Origin: the human T2T-CHM13v2.0 reference genome, Homo sapiens
DNA: 64,000 bases
Assembly: GCF_009914755.1 (NCBI RefSeq)
Contig: NC_060946.1
Reading direction: 5' to 3' (one strand)
Both the position numbers and the translations under genes were made by a program. Positions within the stretch are counted from its first letter, which is position 1. The number at the start of each line of letters is the position of its first letter. Shown piece by piece: positions 60,100 to 64,000 of this stretch. The notes beneath the pieces are model-generated. The model saw only the letters and a list, made by a program, of their open reading frames with translations. It made no database searches and was not told the DNA's origin.

Positions 60100-63000
60100 T
60101 AAAATATCAAAGTACACCAGATATATATTCTATAGTGTACATAAAATATAAAAGTACCGAAACTATTTATTATATACTGTACATAAAATATGAAATTATA
60201 TCAAATATATATTATATTAGGTACATAAAATATGAAAGTACATCAAATATAGATTATATACTGTACATTAAATACCAAAGTACCCCAAATATATATTTTA
60301 TACTGTACATGAAATATCAAAGTTCACAAACTCTATATTATATACTGTACATAAAATATCAAAGTACCCAAGGTATATATTCTATACTGTACAAAAAATA
60401 TCAAAGTACCCAAAGCATGTATTATATACTGGACATAAAATATGAAAGTACATCAAATATATATTTTATTCTGTACATAAAATATCAAAGTACACCAGAT
60501 ATATATTCTATAGTGTACATAAAATAACAAAGTACACAAACTATACATTATATACTGTACATAAAATATGAAATTACATCATATATATATTAGGTACATA
60601 AAATATGAAAGTACATCAAATATAGATTATATACTGTACATAAAATATCAAAGTACCCCAAATATATATTATATACTCTACATGAAATATCAAAGTTCAC
60701 AAACTATATATTATATACTGTACATAAAATATCAAAGTACCCAAGGTATATATTCTATACTGTACAAAAAATATCAAAGTACCCAAAGCATGTATTATAT
60801 ACTGTATATAAAATATGAAAGTACATCAAATATATATTTTATTCTGCACATAAAATATAAAAATACACCAGATATATATTCTATAGTGTACATAAAATAA
60901 CAAAGTACACAAACTATACATTATATACTGTACATAAAATATGAAATTACATCAAATATATATTAGGTACATAAAATATGAAAGTACATCAAATATAGAT
61001 TATATACTGTACATATAATATCAATGTACCCCAAATATATATTTTATACTCTACATGAAATATCAAAGTTCACAAACTATATATTATATACTGTACATAT
61101 AATATCAAAGTACCCAAGGTATATATTCTATACTGTACAAAAAATAACAAAGTACCAAAAGCATGTATTATATACTGTACCTAAAATATGAAAATACATC
61201 AAATATATATTTTATTCTGTACATAAAATATCAAAGTACACCAGATATATATTCTATAGAGAACATAAAATATCAAAGTACCCAAACTATACGTTATATA
61301 CTGTACATAAAATATGAAATTACATCAAATATATATTATATTAGGTACATAAAATTTGAAAGTACATCAAATATAGATTATATACTGCACATAAAATATC
61401 AAAGTACCCCAAATATATATTATATACTCTACATGAAATATCAAACTTCACAAACTATATATTATATACTGTACATAAAATATCAAAGTACCCAAGGTTT
61501 ATATTCTATACTGTACAAAAAATATCAAAGTACCCAAAGCATGTATTATATACTGTATATAAAATATGAAAGTACATTAAATATATATTTTATTCTGTAC
61601 ATAAAGTATCAAAGTACACCAGATATATATTCTATAGTGTACATAAAATTACAAAGTACACAAACTATACACTATATACTGTACATAAAATATGAAATTA
61701 CATCAAATATATATTAGGTACATAAAATATGAAAGTACATCAAATACAGATTATATACTGTACATATAATATCAACGTACCCCAAATATATATTTTATAC
61801 TCTACATGAACTATCAAAGTTCACAAACCATACATTATATACTGTATATAAAATATCAAAGTACCCAAGGTATATATTCTATACTGTACAAAAAATATCA
61901 AAGTACCCAAAGCATGTATTATATACTGTACATAAAATATGAAACTACATCAAATATATATTTTATTCTGTACATAAAATATCAAATTACACCAGATATA
62001 TATACTATAGTGTACTTAAAATATCACAGTACCCAAACTATACATTATATACTGTACATAAAATATGAAATTACATAAAATATATATTATATTAGGTACA
62101 TAAAATATGAAATTACATAAAATATATATTATATTAGGTACATAAAATATGAAAGTACATCAAATATAGATTATATACTGTACATTAAATACCAAAGTAC
62201 CCTAAATATATATTTTATACTGTATATGAAATATCAAACTTCACAAACTATATATTATATACTGTATATAAAATATCAAAGTACCCAAGGTATATCTTCT
62301 ATACTGTACAAAAGATATCAAAGTACCCAAAGCATGTATTATATACTGTACATAAAATATGAAAGTACATCAAATATATATTTTATTCTGTACATAAAAT
62401 ATCAAAGTACACCAGATATATATTCTATAGTGTACATAAAATATAAAAGTACCGAAACTATTTATTATATACTGTACATAAAATATGAAATTACATCAAA
62501 TATATATTATATTAGGTACATAAAATATGAAAGTACATCAAATATAGATTATATGCTGTACATAAAATATCAAAGTACCCCAAATATATATTACTCTACA
62601 TGAAATATCAAAGTTCACAAACTATATATTATATACTGTACATAAAATAAAGTACCCAAGGTACATATTCTATACTGTACAAAAAATATCAAAGTACCCA
62701 AAGCATGTATTTTATACTGTACATAAAATATGAAAGTACATCAAATATATATTTTATTCTGTACATAAAATATCAAAGTACACCAGATATATATTCTATA
62801 GTGTACATAATATATCAAAGTACCCAAACTATGCATTATATACTGTACATAAAATATGAAATTACATCAAATATATATTATATTAGGTACATAAAATATG
62901 AAAGTACATCAAATATAGATTATATACTGTACATAAAATATCAAAGTACCCCAAATATATATTATATACTGTACATGAAATATCAAAGTTCACAAACTAT

Positions 63001-63700
63001 ATATTATATACTGTACATAAAATATCAAAGTACCCAAGGTATATATTCTATACTGTACAAAAAATATCAAAGTACCCAAAGCATGTATTTTATACTGTAC
63101 ATAAAATATGAAAGTACATCAAATATATATTTTATTCTGTACATAAAATATCAAAGTACACCAGATATATATTCTATAGTGTACATAATATATCAAAGTA
63201 CCCAAACTATGCATTATATACTGTACATAAAATATGAAATTACATCAAATATATATTATATTAGGTACATAAAATATGAAAGTACATCAAATATAGATTA
63301 TATACTGTACATAAAATATCAAAGTTCACAAAGTTTATATTATATACTGTACATAAAATATCAAAGTACCCAAGGTATATATTCTATACTGTACAAAAAA
63401 TATCAAAGTACCCAAAGCATGTATTATATACTGTATATAAAATATGAAAGTACATCAAATATATATTTTATTCTGCACATAAAATATCAAAATACACCAG
63501 ATATATATTCTATAGTGTACATAAAATAACAAAGTACACAAACTATACATTATATACTGTACATAAAATATGAAATTACATCAAATATATATTAGGTACA
63601 TAAAATATGAAAGTACATCAAATATAGATTATATACTGTACATATAATATCAATGTACCCCAAATATATATTTTATACTCTACATGAAATATCAAAGTTC
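60100..63700. repeat. Third, slightly more diverged copy of the distal block (offset 4129-4130 from about 55970-59570)
   Basis: ORFs 56439/60568 are offset 4129; 57033/61163, 57676/61806, 58096/62226 and 58575/62705 are offset 4130. The shift matches a 1-bp deletion at about 56790 that is absent at about 60920. Confidence 0.92.
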
Positions 63701-64000
63701 ACAAACTATATATTATATACTGTACATGTAATATCAAAGTACCCGAGGTATATATTCTATACTGTACAAAAAATATCAAACTACCCAAAGCATGTATTAT
63801 ATACTGTACATAAAATATGAAAGTACATCAAATATATATTTTATTCTGTACATAAAATATCAAAGTACACCAGATATATGTTCTATAGTGTACATAAAAT
63901 AACAAAGTACAAAAACTATAAATTATATACTGTACATAAAATATGAAATTACATCAAATATATTTTATATTAGGTACATAAAATATGAAAGTACATCAAA

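Larger units (their letters stand above)
1..64000. repeat. HSat1A (human satellite 1A / SAR)-type 42-bp tandem satellite array, single orientation, running off both window ends
   Basis: Every line consists of variants of ACATAAAATAT(C/G)AAAGT (17 bp) plus ACCCAAACTATATATTATATACTGT-like (25 bp) halves joined at GTAC. The translation repeats every 14 aa (e.g. YIKYQSTQTIHYIL). The 17+25 RsaI structure, AT-richness and 378-bp 9-mer are established features of classical human satellite I / HSat1A. The family was recognised from memory, not by database search; chromosome and species (human or close ape) cannot be fixed from the window. Confidence 0.93.

Noticed and set aside
107-63529. More than 100 + strand ORFs of 60-382 aa as protein-coding genes
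   Set aside because: All are translations of the same 42-bp (14-codon) monomer. Starts and stops track satellite variants, nonsense and frameshift changes are frequent and get amplified, and there is no recognisable domain or gene context.
1-64000. CRISPR-like array (conserved core of about 20 bp plus variable segment)
   Set aside because: The variable parts are homologous to each other and cycle through nine fixed types. There are no unique spacers, leader or cas genes.
1-64000. Alpha satellite / CENP-B boxes, HSat2/3 (CATTC)n, HSat1B or Alu/L1 insertions
   Set aside because: I saw no 171-bp period, CENP-B box, CATTC pentamers, GC-rich Alu fragment, poly(A) tail or target-site duplication.
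1-64000. Assignment to a specific chromosome or array
   Set aside because: HSat1A occurs on several chromosomes and there is no unique flank here. Mapping rare k-mers (e.g. the insertion near 2500) to T2T assemblies would be needed.

Overview
The whole 64-kb window is one uninterrupted, single-orientation, very AT-rich tandem satellite array. It contains no credible genes, RNA genes, transposons or CRISPR array. The monomer is 42 bp (consensus about ACATAAAATATCAAAGT-ACCCAAACTATATATTATATACTGT), made of 17-bp and 25-bp RsaI/GTAC-delimited halves. This matches human satellite 1A (HSat1A; SAR in repeat libraries), a pericentromeric and acrocentric satellite. Nine distinguishable monomers form a 378-bp unit, with a frequent 373-bp variant, giving roughly 170 units and 1,500 monomers. 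Shared private variants reveal nested duplications with different local periods (751, 1502, 1744, 2625, 2880, 3796, 4128, 4130, 4540, 5670 and 6378 bp), plus whole-monomer deletions and duplications. All listed ORFs are artefacts of the 14-codon monomer. I found no evidence of a novel protein-coding system. The most interesting leads are hypotheses: a strand-specific density of about 5-6 Pumilio response elements (TGTANATA) per unit on the + strand, one AATAAA per unit on the - strand, and the reconstructable duplication history. Periods come from ORF-track offsets and by-eye comparison, so block boundaries are approximate.
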